From the NCBI RefSeq assembly GCF_006345805.1, contig NC_043017.1:8122001-8186000 (forward strand): DNA of 64,000 bases, read 5' to 3'. The position numbers and the translations under genes were made by a program. This document shows positions 23,901 to 36,800 of this stretch, piece by piece (positions within the stretch are counted from its first letter, which is position 1; each line of letters opens with the position of its first letter). The DNA comes from Octopus sinensis (Eukaryota). The notes beneath the pieces are model-generated. The model ran no database searches, was not told where the DNA came from, and saw only the letters and a list, made by a program, of their open reading frames with translations.

Positions 23901-24674
23901 GTAAGTCATAGAGTGAAGTAAAACAAGAATCAGTTCAGGTGGGATGTAATCAAAGAAGGTAAAATATAATAGTTTCAGATTGACTGAAGGAGTATAACTG
24001 GTACAGGATTGTTCAACTAAACTGTATAAAAACCAGTTATATGTATTATGTGTATATATATGTGTATGTGTGTATGTATGCATATATAAATACTGATGTG
24101 TGTGTGTGAAAATGTGTGTTTGTGTGTGTGTGTCATTATTCAGTTTTATTTCAAGATTTCTTGCCATTAGAGAAAGAACTGGTTTCTAACCTAGATCCAA
24201 GGCTTCTTCATTAGAATTTCAATATTAACAACAGGGTATGTATGTATGTATGTATGTATGTACGTATGTATGTATGTATGTATGTATGCATGCATGCATG
24301 CATGCATGTATGCATGCATGCATGTATGCTTGTATGTATGTAGGTTTTGGGTAGGTCAGTAGGTAGGTAGGTATGCACACATGTATGTATGTATGTATGT
24401 ATGTATGTATGTATGTATGTATGTATGTATGCTTGTATCTATGTAGGTTTTGGGTAGGTAGGCAGGTATGCATGCATGTATGCATGTATGTATGTATGTA
24501 TGTATGTATGTATGTATGTATGTATATAATTGGTATAGCCAGGAGAATGAAAGTTTACAAATTCTATTTCTATAACAGACCAAATGCCATGTAGATTGAC
24601 TCAGTAGATTTTCTTTTTATCATATCATTATCCATTATTTGTGTGCACATGTGTTTGCTGTCTATACTTCACAG

Positions 24675-24950
24675 GCATGTCATGAAAAGCTTGTTAAACT
24701 TGAGGGCTGCCATCTTGAACTTGCAACAGTTACTCGAAACAAAAAAGGGGAACTTGAAGAAGTGACAAAGGAATTGGAAAAGCAGCGCCAAGCTGCTAGT
24801 ATTCTTAATGAAAATATTAATGAAGAAAAGCAAAATCTTCAGACCGCTATTGACCAACGCAAGATTGTTCAAGCCAATACTGATGCTCTGAAGAATCAAA
24901 TGGAACAGAAATATGCTGAACTAGAAAAAACATTCAAGCATTTATCAGAG
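24675..24950 (+). CDS. CNTRL: Centriolin-like exon (ACHEKLVKLEGC...KYAELEKTFKHLSE)
   Basis: Acceptor tcacag, donor gtatgg, phase 0/0. Confidence 0.88.
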
Positions 24951-25909
24951 GTATGGTTGATGTTATTGTTCTGAGGGTGTATATATATATAATGTACTCT
25001 GTTGATTACAATAAAAAGGGTTCCAGTTGATCCAATCAGCAAAACAGCCTGCTTATGAAATTACTGTGCAGGTGGCTGAGAACACCACAGACATGCATAC
25101 TCTCAATGTAGTTCTCAGGGTGATTCAGCTTGACAAGGCTGGCCCTTTGAAATAGAGGTACTACTGATTTTTGACAGCTGAGTGGACTGAAGCAACATGA
25201 AATAAAGTGCCTTCCCCAAGGACACAACGAGCTGATGGGAATTGAACTCACAACCTTGTGATCATGAGCCACATGCCTTTTGGGCGTACATATATATACG
25301 TACACACTTATGCATGGCAAATCATCACTACTATCTTTATCTTCCTCCCAGCTGCTTCTACCCACCGCTATATAATGTAGGGCAACCATGTATCTCTTCT
25401 ATAGCAAGACACTTGCACTTGTCTCTCTGTCATAGCCTCTCAACATCTGACTTAAAGCCACCTCCCTTTTCAAATACAATCCTCACTTAACTGAAGGGGG
25501 GCTTTCCTTGTCTTCTATTGTCTTATAAGTTACTTGGCAACCTCACTAATGCCAGTGCACAAAAATAAAAAAAGAAGCACTCAGTAAACACTGTAAAGCA
25601 GACATTGGAGCTGAGCTTACAGGATCCTGTCAAACCAGCCAACCCATGCCAGCATGGAAAACAGACATTAAATGATAACAATTATATATGTATATAAAAT
25701 TAAATAAGGCCGGTTTATGGTTTATGGTATTACTCTGGGTTTATGCTTATGGACATGAAACCCAGGGTAATCCCATAAACCGGCCTTATCTAACTTTATT
25801 TATATTATATACTGCTCTATAACTTAGAGTGTGCTTCTCTTTCAGATTTATGTTTTACCAATGAAACATATATATATATATATATATGTGTGTGTGTAAA
25901 CCTTCCCGT

Positions 25910-25957
<48 letters not shown>

Positions 25958-25965
<8 letters not shown>

Positions 25966-26445
25966 ATACATACATACATACATACATACATACAATACAT
26001 ACATACAATACATACATACATACATACATACATACAATACATACATACCAACATACATACATACATACATACATACAATACATACATACATACATACATA
26101 CATACATACATACATACATACATACATACATACATACATACATACATACAATACATACATACAATACATACATACATACATACATACATACATACATACA
26201 TACATACATACATACATACAATACATACATACATACAATACATACATACATACATACATACATACATACAATACATACATACATACATACATACCTACAT
26301 ACATACATACATACAATACATACATACCTACATACATACATACATACAATACATACATACATACATACATACATACATACATACCTACCTACATACATAC
26401 ATGCATACATACACGCATGCATGCATACAAGAACATACATACATG
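25958..26445 (+). repeat. Interrupted (ACAT)n microsatellite of about 490 bp
   Basis: Direct reading. Other microsatellites: (TATG)n 2776-2830 and 24237-24525, (TTC)n 13015-13087, (TA)n 14244-14320 and 27781-27841, (GGT)n 31658-31750, (GAT)n 49365-49560. Confidence 0.95.
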
Positions 26446-27399
26446 AATAACAACTCTTCCTATTTACCCACCTTTCCATTCATCCCACTTATTGTTAAAG
26501 ATTAATGGCAAGCCTGATCTCTAGCTACCTGATATAATATTTCAAAAAATGACTACAGTGAGACAAAAATGAATTCCTAAGAGATTACATTGATAATCTT
26601 GGATTATGATAAAGCACCTTAGCTATGTGGTTAAGACGGTCACTACTGATATAGTCATGTGTTCAAACATTAGTTCTATATTTATTGTGGTATGGGCCTC
26701 AGAACAGCAAATATACTTTCATCTCAGTTTATGTGGGGTTAGCAATTAATTCTCATCAAAAAAATCATACCTACCATCTTTACTTAGAAAAATGAATGTA
26801 AAACAGCATCAAAAAAAGTTCACTATATTTTACCATTTGAAAATTTGAATAATAATAATGACATAATATCTATCCATGAATCATTAAAATTTGAATAAAT
26901 TATGAAATTAATTATTTCAGTTTTCCAAGCTCAAGGTGGCAATGGTTAATGAGAGACTGCAAGTGAAACCCTTCCTTAAGCGAAGACTAGCTTGGTCCTT
27001 GCTGCCTTATTGGGGTGCAGGGGTGAAACACTTGTGACCCTGAGATACCTACTGATGATACAGAAGTTGTTTCTGGCATTACAGTGGATTTAGAAGAGTT
27101 TGCAAAAACCTCTGAGTGGCTCCTGCAGTTTGGGCATGGGGCAAAGCATCACTGATGTTTATTTCCCCTCACATTACTGTTTTCCAATTTTATAGTTTTG
27201 AAGCTCGGTGAAGTTGCCTTAAATTCTAATCTGTACAATTTCCATTGATTTTTCCATGCTTTCACCACACATATATGTAACAACAATAACAGAGTTATAT
27301 CCTCTTCATGACCAGAGAAACAATGAAAGGATTAAAATTATTTTGCTATAATGTCCTGCAATATATTCAAACCTTTCTGAATTTCTGACGTATTTTCAG

Positions 27400-27617
27400 G
27401 AAAAACTTAATCTGAGCAATCTTGTGAAAGAAACAGACCATCATAAGAAAGAACTGAAGCTTCTACAACAGTCTGTGATAGAGGAACGTAGCTGTTCGGA
27501 TAAGTTGATAGTAGAAAGAAGCAATTTGCAAGAGAAGGTTTCAAGTCTGTCTAGAGAACATAACCAATTAGTGAAGGACCACAGTGAATTTGATACAAAG
27601 TTAAATGAAGCTAAAAC
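27400..27617 (+). CDS. CNTRL: Centriolin-like exon (EKLNLSNLVKETDHHKKEL...DTKLNEAK)
   Basis: Acceptor tttcag, donor gtcagt, phase 0/2. Confidence 0.88.
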
Positions 27618-27777
27618 GTCAGTATTTGTTATATTTTTGTGTAATTTTATGCAAGGCATAATTCTGGGTTTGCTCCCTATTCATCTCTTTTTGGGAAAAC
27701 ATTTTCTACATTAGCTCCAGGTTGACCAATTGCTTGTGAGTGGAATTCATCAGATGGAAAATGTACAGAAGAGCACC

Positions 27778-27843
<66 letters not shown>

Positions 27844-29356
27844 CGGAGATGTACTTGCATAGCAAGTGACTTGTTCTGAGATTGTGTGCTGAAACAAAAA
27901 CAATTGCAGTGTGAAAGATGTTTGTAAGCCATTTAAGAACACACAAAAAACCAAATTATTAAAAATTATTAAAAAGAAACAAAAGAAAATGTAGGCAACA
28001 AAACAAAAAGAAATATCATATTGGTATTGGACATTACTAAGCACCTATTTAAAGTAGAAAATAAGCGGCAGCAACAAGTGACTGATAAGACTTAAACCCT
28101 GTACCTGTTGCCAGCCAAGCAACAATATATTACTAAGTACTTGCAATTTCTTCTTCTCAATTTGGGTACTTAGGTATTAAGATAGACATTGCTGAGTGAT
28201 TGAGAAGTATGATTTTCAACCACATGGTTTGTGGTTCAATCCCACTGTACAGCAAATAGGAAAAGCTTCTACTATAGCCCTAAGATGACTAATGCCTTGT
28301 GAGTAGATTTAGTAGACAGAAACTGTGGAAATCTATTGTGTGTATGTAAAATAGATGTTAAAGGATGATGATGAGGCAGAGGAGGAGGATTTATGTATGT
28401 ATTAGTGCATTTGTAATTGTATTTGTCCCCACCCCCCATCACTGCTTGACAAATGGTGTTAGTTTATTTTACACCTTCCCATAATTTAATAGCTCAATGA
28501 AAGATATGATAGAATAAGTACCAGACTTCAAAAAATAAGTACTGGGGATTTTGTTCAACGGAAACCTTTCAAGGTAGTGCCCCAGTATGGCCATAGTCCA
28601 ATGACTGAAACAAGTAAGAGATAATAGAAAAAAGATGGCAATTATTTTTGCTCTATTAACTATACTATTTTATCTCTTCTAGGTTGTTGTCCGTAGCTAT
28701 GTTGCCAGTAAAAATATTTGTTAATCATGCAAGTGCCTTCATAAATTGTTCAAAGTGGAAGTCTTTTTTTAAAGTCTGTGTTGTGTTCTCTATATGTTAA
28801 AAGTCATACAGAAATACACACACATATAAACAACCAAAAAAATACCTATATGTATTGTATGTATACATATAGTTTTTTTTATGTCAGTCTTGCATTGTGT
28901 TGACAGACTTACACTTAAAATTCTTGCTTTTTTAATCCAAAACTTGTTGTTTACTAAGGTGACAACACTACCTATTTATCTTTCGCACACTCTCCCTCTC
29001 CCTCTCCCTCTCTCTTTCTCTCTCACTGTATTTCTCTCTCAATAACAACTTTACTCTTCTCCTTCTACCCTCTCACTATGCAGATGTGTTACAAACGGGC
29101 AGACGAAAATCAGTTTTACTTTTATGATATAAGATAAGATAATTTCACTTAGTGCCAGCAAGATAGGTTATTTAACTAATGTCCAACATAACAAGTTATC
29201 CCACTTTGATTCAATGTTTGATAAGAACAATAACTCTGTGAATGAAATTATGTCTAGCATCATTTACATTAAAACCTTGTTACTGTATCACAGAACATAA
29301 ATTTCAATAATTTGTCCTGTCTTTATTTTGAGATCTAATTTATTTTTCTTTTACAG

Positions 29357-29514
29357 GGAACTCTGCAATGTTGAAACTACCATAAAGGAGAAAACCAGTC
29401 ATCTAAACTCCTTACGAGATGATATCCAGCATGAAGAAGACTACATTAGTCAATGTCAGAGTAAGAAAACAATGTTAGAAACAGAACTGGAATCTCTTCA
29501 AGAAAATATCTCAG
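29357..29514 (+). CDS. CNTRL: Centriolin-like exon (ELCNVETTIKEK...ELESLQENIS)
   Basis: Acceptor ttacag, donor gtctga, phase 2/1. Confidence 0.85.
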
Positions 29515-29971
29515 GTCTGATGAAATTACTTTTTTTAAAAAAAACTTTGTCGTGTCTTGTTTCCTTCTCTTCATGTGAGAACATGGCGAATGATTGGAAA
29601 AAAATGAGGTTGAAAGAAAGGGAGATAATAATATAACTGGAGCTTGAATGGAAGGGAGATAATAAAGTGCTAGTGATCCTAACAAGAGAACATGTATGTG
29701 TGTGTATGTGAGAATGGTGTGTGTGAGTGTGTGCATGTGTAACGTGTGTGTGTGTGTGTTGTGTGTGACAGTTGATGTGTGCTTTTTCATATGGTGTGTG
29801 CACATGTGTGTGTGTCTGTGTGTGTCCGTGACCAGAGTGCATGTGTATGGTGTGTGTATGCAGGCAAAAGTTATCTTGTCTATGTACGTTGTGTGTGTTA
29901 ATGCGTGTTGCATGTGTTTGCATATATAGTCTGTGTTCTCATATATATATATATATTATTGTTCATTCTAG

Positions 29972-30045
29972 AACGGCAGAAGGAATTAAACATGATAGAA
30001 AAATCACTCCAAGATGCTGAGATTCAAATGTCAAATTCTAAAGAG
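29972..30045 (+). CDS. CNTRL: Centriolin-like exon (ERQKELNMIEKSLQDAEIQMSNSKE)
   Basis: Acceptor ttctag, donor gtttgt, phase 1/0. Confidence 0.82.
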
Positions 30046-30417
30046 GTTTGTAGACAGTTTCTTCATACTGTGTTTTTTAAAAGATATCTTTCCATGCTTA
30101 TTCATTTTCTTTCCTATTACTACATAACCATTACCAGCAATCTATGTAGCTAATGACGTGGGTGGGGGTATCCACTCCCTAAACATTTATTCTCTATAAT
30201 GCATTTTATTTTTCTTTAGTCTTCACATCCATTTAGTATATCTTTTATCTTTTACTCATTTCAGTCTTTAGACTGCGGCCATGCTGGGGCACCTACTTGA
30301 ATAATTTTTAGTCAAATGAATCGACCCCCAGTATTTTTTCCTTCAAGCCTGGTACTTATTCTGATGGTCTCTTAAGCCAAACTATTAAGTTACAGGGAGA
30401 AATACACACACACACAC

Positions 30418-30454
<37 letters not shown>

Positions 30455-31023
30455 AGCTGGTGCTTTGAAACTAATTAACATTTTGAATGAAGGTCTTTAA
30501 TTTCAATCCCTTTAACCTTATCATTACCAGCCCGGCTAAAACCGGCTCTGGCTCTGAGTATAAATTAAAATCTTCCACCAAACCTTAATCACAATTTATG
30601 CTCCTAACACTAGCTAAATTTTACTAACTTCTTTGTTATATTTAAACGTAATTGGAAGAAACGCAGAGCATCTCAAAGTAAATACAGTAACGAAAGGGTT
30701 AAAATAGTGGTATCATGGAACCAGTACTAGGCTCAGGCAGGTTGACATCAAAAGGTTTACACATGGTTGTTGGTAGGTGATTGAGTGAAGATGAAAACAA
30801 TGATGTGATGACCCAAAATCAGTCTGCTTTTTGTCTTTCTTTCTCTTTATTCTTTCTTTTTGTTCTTTTCGTTTATTCTAAAATTTTCAATGCAGTTTAC
30901 AATGTAATTCTTGTATTTGGAAACAATCTCTCAGTATCACTGTAACAATGGATAAATGGTGATTGTTTGTTTAGCTGATATAAAACACAAATAATTCTGT
31001 ATCTTTATTTCTATATCTTACAG

Positions 31024-31212
31024 AAATCTGAACAGATCAATTCAGCAAATATTGATTCCCAGGTGATTCTTGACCATTTAACCTCTGAGATTAAACAACA
31101 AAGAATTCTTCGTTGTAATCAACAAAATCAGGTCAAAGTGTTGCAGAAACAGCTGGAACAATTGACTTACTCTTTTGAGGAGAAGACTACGGAAATGGAA
31201 AAAATTTCTATG
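31024..31212 (+). CDS. CNTRL: Centriolin-like exon (KSEQINSANIDSQVILDHL...EEKTTEMEKISM)
   Basis: Acceptor ttacag, donor gtaacc, phase 0/0. Confidence 0.85.
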
Positions 31213-31640
31213 GTAACCAAAAGTGCACACACTTATGCGCACGCACGCACACACACACACACACACACACGCACACACGCACACACGCACGCACACACAC
31301 ACACAATCATCATCCACTATTGATATATTTGTGTGAATCTCTGAAGCATATGTTGATATATATCTACTTATGTATGTATACATGTATGTAGGCATACACA
31401 CACACTCTCTCTCTCTCACACACACACACATACAATGTACATGTGTGTATATATATATATATATATATATGCACATATATGTGCACACACACATATATAC
31501 ACACATATGTACATACATGTGTGTATGTGTATGCATATGTGCTTGTTTTGTATATATATATATATATATATATATATGTTTGTATTTCTATATTTGTACA
31601 AAGGAGTGCTGAGAAGTTCCTGGCTTTAAGGCCATACAGA

Positions 31641-31674
<34 letters not shown>

Positions 31675-32573
31675 GGTGGTGGTGGTGGTGGTATGGTGGT
31701 GGTGGTGTGGTGGTGGTGGTGGTGGTGGTGGTGGTGGTGGTGGTGATGGTGATGGTGATGATGATGATGATGATGGCCACAACAATAATTATTATTATAA
31801 TGGTCTCTAAATAAGGCATAAGATCTGCAATTTTTAGGGCAAGGAGTTGGTTCATACCATCAACCCCAGTACTTGACTGGTACTTTATTTTAGGTCAACC
31901 CTAAAAATGATGAACTAGAAAGTTGATCCCAGTAGAATTTGAACACAGAATGTAATGATTCAGCTAATCCACTATACAAACAATAAGAAAATTCACAATA
32001 ATAACAATAACAATAAATAATAAAAATAACACCACCAACAACAACAACAACAGCAATGAAAATAATGGCTTCAAATTTTAGCAAAAGGCCAGCAATGTTT
32101 TTTAGAAGAAGGGTAAGTCAATTACATTGACCCCAATACTGAATTGGTATTTATTTTATAAATAAATGATGAAAAGAGATGAAAGGCAATGCAGAATTTG
32201 GCAGAATTTGGTAGAATTTGAACTCAGAAGATTAAAGCCAAAAAAAAAATGTCACCAAGCATTTTGTCCAATGTCCTTGCAATTCCACCAGGACATGGCC
32301 TTAATTAATTAGGATTTAAACTGGCCATATCCAGCTCAAATATTACACTTGTTTTATGATCAAGCTGTCAGGATCTGGCCTCTCAAAGCTACAAGATAAT
32401 GTATGATTAATTCAAAACAATGTGAATAAATATTGTATTAGACAGAGTAATCTGAATGCTAAAAGATTAATAATACTGATAATGACAATAATAATCTTTT
32501 TTTTTTTTCCTGTTTCTTCCAGCTCTGTATTCTTCTGCCATGCTTTCATTATTTATTTTCTCCTCTATTCCAG

Positions 32574-32675
32574 ATCAATTCTGAAGCAAGAGAGAAGTTA
32601 GACTCCGTAATGAGTGAAATAAAGGAGGCAGAGAACCAACTACAGGAACTCAGGAATAAAATTGGAATCTTTCAA
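32574..32675 (+). CDS. CNTRL: Centriolin-like exon (INSEAREKLDSVMSEIKEAENQLQELRNKIGIFQ)
   Basis: Acceptor ttccag, donor gtaaat, phase 0/0. Confidence 0.85.
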
Positions 32676-32714
32676 GTAAATTTTACTTTCTCAGTTATGA
32701 TTTCAACACTCCCA

Positions 32715-32784
<70 letters not shown>

Positions 32785-32970
32785 TCATCGTCATTGTCGT
32801 CATTTTAACATCCACTTTCCCTTGCTTGCATGGGTCAGACAGGGTTTATTAAGGCAGTTTTTCTATGGCCAGATGCCTTTTCTGTTGCCAACCCTCACCT
32901 GTTTCCAAGCAAGATAATATTTTTCCCTGATCAAACATGTTCTTGAATATATATATATTTTTTGTTTCAG

Positions 32971-33099
32971 AAACACTCAACTGAAATCAAAGATGTTGAA
33001 CAACTGAAAAATGAGTTGAAAATTGATGTAAAACTTTTGAATGAACAAAAATCTTCTCTAGAATTACATCTCAATGAACTCAAGAAAGATATTACTCGG
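32971..33099 (+). CDS. CNTRL: Centriolin-like exon (KHSTEIKDVEQLKNELKIDVKLLNEQKSSLELHLNELKKDITR)
   Basis: Acceptor tttcag, donor gtaagc, phase 0/0. Confidence 0.85.
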
Positions 33100-34221
33100 G
33101 TAAGCTTAACTGCCTTACACGGGTTTAGAGGAATTAATTTTTGATGAGATATAAAAGGACTCTATATTTAAGATAATATATAGTGTGGGACTGGAGGTGC
33201 ATAGCTTAGTGGTTAGGGTGTTGGACTCGTGATTGCCAGATTGTAGTTTCAATTCCTGAACCAGGTGATGAATTGTGTACTTGAGCAAAATACTTCATTT
33301 CATGTTATACCAGTCCACTCATTTAAAAATGAATAATCCTGCAATGAACCAGTGTCCTGTCCAGCAGGAATATAAAGCCCATAGAAACCAGAGTAATGTG
33401 GACTAACTGATATAGAGTAGGAAGAGAATGCTGCAACATTCATGCCTTTCTCATGAAATTAGCCACATAACTCAACTGAAATTACTTCAGCTGGCAAGTG
33501 GAACCTGCCCTCAATGTCCCTCTTTCTCTCTTTCTCTGTGGTACTCACCTGTCTTTAGGATAATTTCATATCAAAAATATTAAGTCATGCACCACCAACT
33601 AGTTGGTCATGGCTCACCTGCTCTAAACAACAGCAACATTTATAGTCAAGAAATGCCTTATGAGGAGTAGCTGTGTGCCTATAGCTGTTTTCAAAAGTAA
33701 TGAATGCGTGACAATGATTGTTGGTGTGTTAACCCCTATAACTTAGCAGTTTGGCAAAAGAGACCAATAGAATAAGTACCCAGTTTTAAAAAAGAAGTAC
33801 TGGGGTTGATTCGTTTGACTATATTTGCTCAAGACAGTGCCCCAGCATGGCCACAGTCTAATGACTGAAACAAGTACAAGACAAAAGATAAAAGCTATCC
33901 TGTCTGTGACTGAAGCTGTACATTTAGGATTGGGGCTGGAAACATCCAAAGATCCACAAATGAAAGAGAAGAGGATTCTTGCTTGGATTTGTAGAATAAC
34001 AATAACTGATCATATGTGTATGTGCATAAAAGTAGAAAAATGTGTGAGTGTGAGAAAACGTTGATGAGTTTGTGTGTGTGAGTGTATGTGTACAAAGGTA
34101 AAAAGATGTATGTGTGAGTGTATAAAAGTAAAAAGGTGTGTGTATATAAAGGTAAGAAGGTGTGTGTGTTTGTGTGTATGTGTGTTGATATGGAATGATA
34201 ATTGGATGCATCTTTTTGCAG

Positions 34222-34344
34222 CAACTGTTTCTGGAACACCAACCAGAGAAAGAGAATCTTGGGAACATAATACGTTACAATGATGAGGAATGGCGCCGTG
34301 AGGCCCTGAAAGAGAAACTCATAGAAGAACAGGATCATGTTAGG
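34222..34344 (+). CDS. CNTRL: Centriolin-like exon (QLFLEHQPEKENLGNIIRYNDEEWRREALKEKLIEEQDHVR)
   Basis: Acceptor ttgcag, donor gttagt; matches the centriolin C-terminal DEHWRGEALREKL motif. Confidence 0.9.
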
Positions 34345-34748
34345 GTTAGTAATGTCTTTCATTCCTAATTTAATCTGTGATTAATCCATCTCATAACTTA
34401 TTTTGTAACCCATCACTTCTAATCTTTGATCAATTTCTATCAAAAATTACTTTTGGTCTTGGATTACTTCTTGTTTTGCAATATTTTGATCTAGGATCAA
34501 GTTTGATTTTGGATTACTTCTGATCTTTTATTACTTTGGATTAGGATTATTTTTTTTTTACCTTGGATTAACTTTTGATGTAGGTTCCTTTTTGATCTAA
34601 GATCATATTTATCATCAATCACTTCTGATTTTGAATCACTTCAGATTTGGATCAAAGTATAGATTTAAAATAAGCTCAGAGAGCATAGGGATTGTATTAT
34701 TACTAAACAATTTGTGAAAAGAAAAAAATCTATTGTATTTATTTGCAG

Positions 34749-34859
34749 ATGCAATTACAACAAAAGATGCACCACCATTTTGATGTGCTTGATTCAACAA
34801 AGCAGCAGTCAGAAGGAGTCCTCAACAAATTGAAACATAAGTTGAACATTCTTCAAGAT
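34749..34859 (+). CDS. CNTRL: Centriolin-like exon (MQLQQKMHHHFDVLDSTKQQSEGVLNKLKHKLNILQD)
   Basis: Acceptor ttgcag, donor gtgagt; resembles centriolin QLRHCM...QTEGTLHSLRRQVDAL. Confidence 0.88.
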
Positions 34860-35568
34860 GTGAGTTGAAAACTTATACAATGTCTATACATGTGATTATG
34901 CACATGTGATTATGATTCAAATAGCTTCAATTTTAATTTTGGATTACATTTGATCTTTTATTAATTTTGATCATAGTTTGCTATTGATCTTGGGTCACTT
35001 TTGAAGTAGGATCCCTTTTGATCTAATATCCATTTTGATCTCAAATCATTTCAAATTTGGATCAAAGTATAGGCTTAAGATAAACTCAGAGAGTATAGTG
35101 GTTGTAATAAATAATTAGTTTGTGGTCATTCTAAAACACCATCTCCAAACATTCCAGTCAATCATATTGAATTGACTCCACTGTTTATTTACTGAAACAG
35201 TGTTGATCTAGGACTGAGGAACAACAACCAGAGTGAAGCTAATATTGATTTCTTACATTAGTACAAGACTACAAACCACACGGTAGGTGTGGGGATGTGT
35301 TGACACAATCAGCCATAGTAAATTAGAGACACATTTTTTTTTTGCTTGACCCAAGAAGGATGAAAGGGTAAGTTGCCACTGGCAGGATTTGAACTCAGAA
35401 CTACATACTGTATTGCAAAAAATTTTGTCCGGTACTCTACTGTCTTTGCCATTCTCATTCAATGCCAGTTATGATCATCATTATCATTGCACTTTAACAT
35501 TGATTCTTTTGCTGCAGAAATTCTTCCGTTTCTTACAAGAAATTTATTGAAAATCAATTATCTTTCAG

Positions 35569-35595
35569 GTTTTCATCTCCAACAAAGGCCCATGA
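35569..35595 (+). CDS. CNTRL: Possible terminal coding exon of centriolin-like gene (VFISNKGP*)
   Basis: Acceptor tatctttcag, phase 0, early TGA. Alternative phase-0 acceptors at 35158, 35201 and 35518 also stop quickly. Confidence 0.25.
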   Translation, partial: VFISNKGP

Positions 35596-36559
35596 CAAAA
35601 GGCACTACCAACTCAGTTTCATTTTTTTTTTATAGAATTTCGAATAGCTGTCTACTCCAAGAAAGACTTTCATCTATGATGGATGTTCACCAGTTTTTTT
35701 TTTGTTTCGTTTCGTTTTTCGTTTTTTATTTTTTTATGGGGTTGGAAATGTGATTCAGTTGTTTTTTATGATATTATCACTCTTGGAGTTTCAGAATATG
35801 ATTCTTTCATATCCAGTTCCTATACCAAAATAATGGTGCAGAGATTAGGAAAAAAAAAACCGAAAAAGACTCTACAATATTTTGTATTTTATGTTTTGTG
35901 AAAAATGTATGCCATTTGAGACATACCTACACAAGTATGCCTCCCTCGACTTTGTTTCCTCATGACATAGACAAAAATAGGTATTTTTCTATGAAATTTT
36001 TTTCAAATACTTCTCAGACAATGTATGTTGCGTGCATCAGTATGTATGTGTGTGCACCCATCAGTTTTTTTCATGTGAAATTCTGATTAATCATAATCTA
36101 CACTGTTTGAAAGATATTGTCAGCTTGTGTGAATTTGACTGAGACTCCTCTTCCCACCACCCTTCTGAAAACATTTTTCTACCACAAATTCAGATATAAT
36201 TGGAATCTACACCATCTGAAAGATATTTGTAGTAACTCACTTAAAGAAACCTGTTTTTTCAAAAATTATGAGGAAACAAATTTTTTTTTTTTTGAGGTGG
36301 GACATACAGGTATAGGTATACTCCATTTGGTCCTGGTACAAGTATACCAGTGTTAGAAAACCAATGAGCCAAATTTCCTTCAAATTATACCCTAGCATCT
36401 TAAAATTTAGTCCTACTCTCCAAAAAGATGGGATGGTTATGGCTGGAGTGCCTTTTATCTTAGCACTGATCAATCACAAGACCGTGACCAAATCATCACC
36501 ACTATTGACATGAACAATATCGAAGGTCTTTCATTTTAGGTATTTTTGCTTCATCGTTT

Positions 36560-36800
36560 AGATGGTCTGTGAGTGCAGTTTGTGAGTGTATTATCTGAGT
36601 GTGGTCTGTGAGTATGGGCCATCAATGTCATCCATGAGTATGGTCTGTGAGTATAGCCTTGGACTATGGTCTGATAATTTGGCCTATGAGCATTGTATGT
36701 GAGTGTGGTCTGTGAGCAAAGTCTGTCAATGTGATCCACAAACATGGTCTGTGAGTGTGGTCCATGAGTGTAGTCTTGTGTGTGGTGTGTGTTAGCTATG
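36560..36800. repeat. Degenerate short tandem repeat (TGGTCTGTGAG-like units)
   Basis: About 10 recurrences of ggtctgtgag variants. Confidence 0.8.

Larger units (their letters stand above)
2089..34859 (+). other. CNTRL: Centriolin (CEP110)-like gene, partial: 5' exons outside the window, terminal exon unresolved
   Basis: 23 exons joined with consistent phases give 1459 codons with no stop. Motifs resembling vertebrate centriolin: LRDEVNSLRETLAMQSSYMENM, GMFCNIPEHSNL, DELKCLEKTLFKRQAQLKDAD, EKLNLSNL, DEEWRREALKEKL, QSEGVLNKLKHKL. Heptad-rich coiled coil throughout. Confidence 0.88.

Noticed and set aside
25817-26479. Multiple 150-220 aa YVCM/HTYI ORFs, also at 2630-3127, 24225-24594 and 31078-31855
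   Set aside because: Stop-free frames of (ACAT)n, (CA)n and (TA)n microsatellites.
26940-27180. GC-richer segment with short open frames
   Set aside because: No recognisable motif or splice sites; probably an old repeat fragment.
33893-34020. ORF segment KAILSVTEAV...MKEKRILAW as a missing centriolin exon
   Set aside because: It directly follows a SINE tail, has no in-phase acceptor or donor, and is not coiled-coil-like.
35112-35196. LVCGHSKTPSPNIPVNHIELTPLFIY* as the centriolin last exon
   Set aside because: There is no AG in the needed phase, and its 5' part belongs to the intronic duplicated block.
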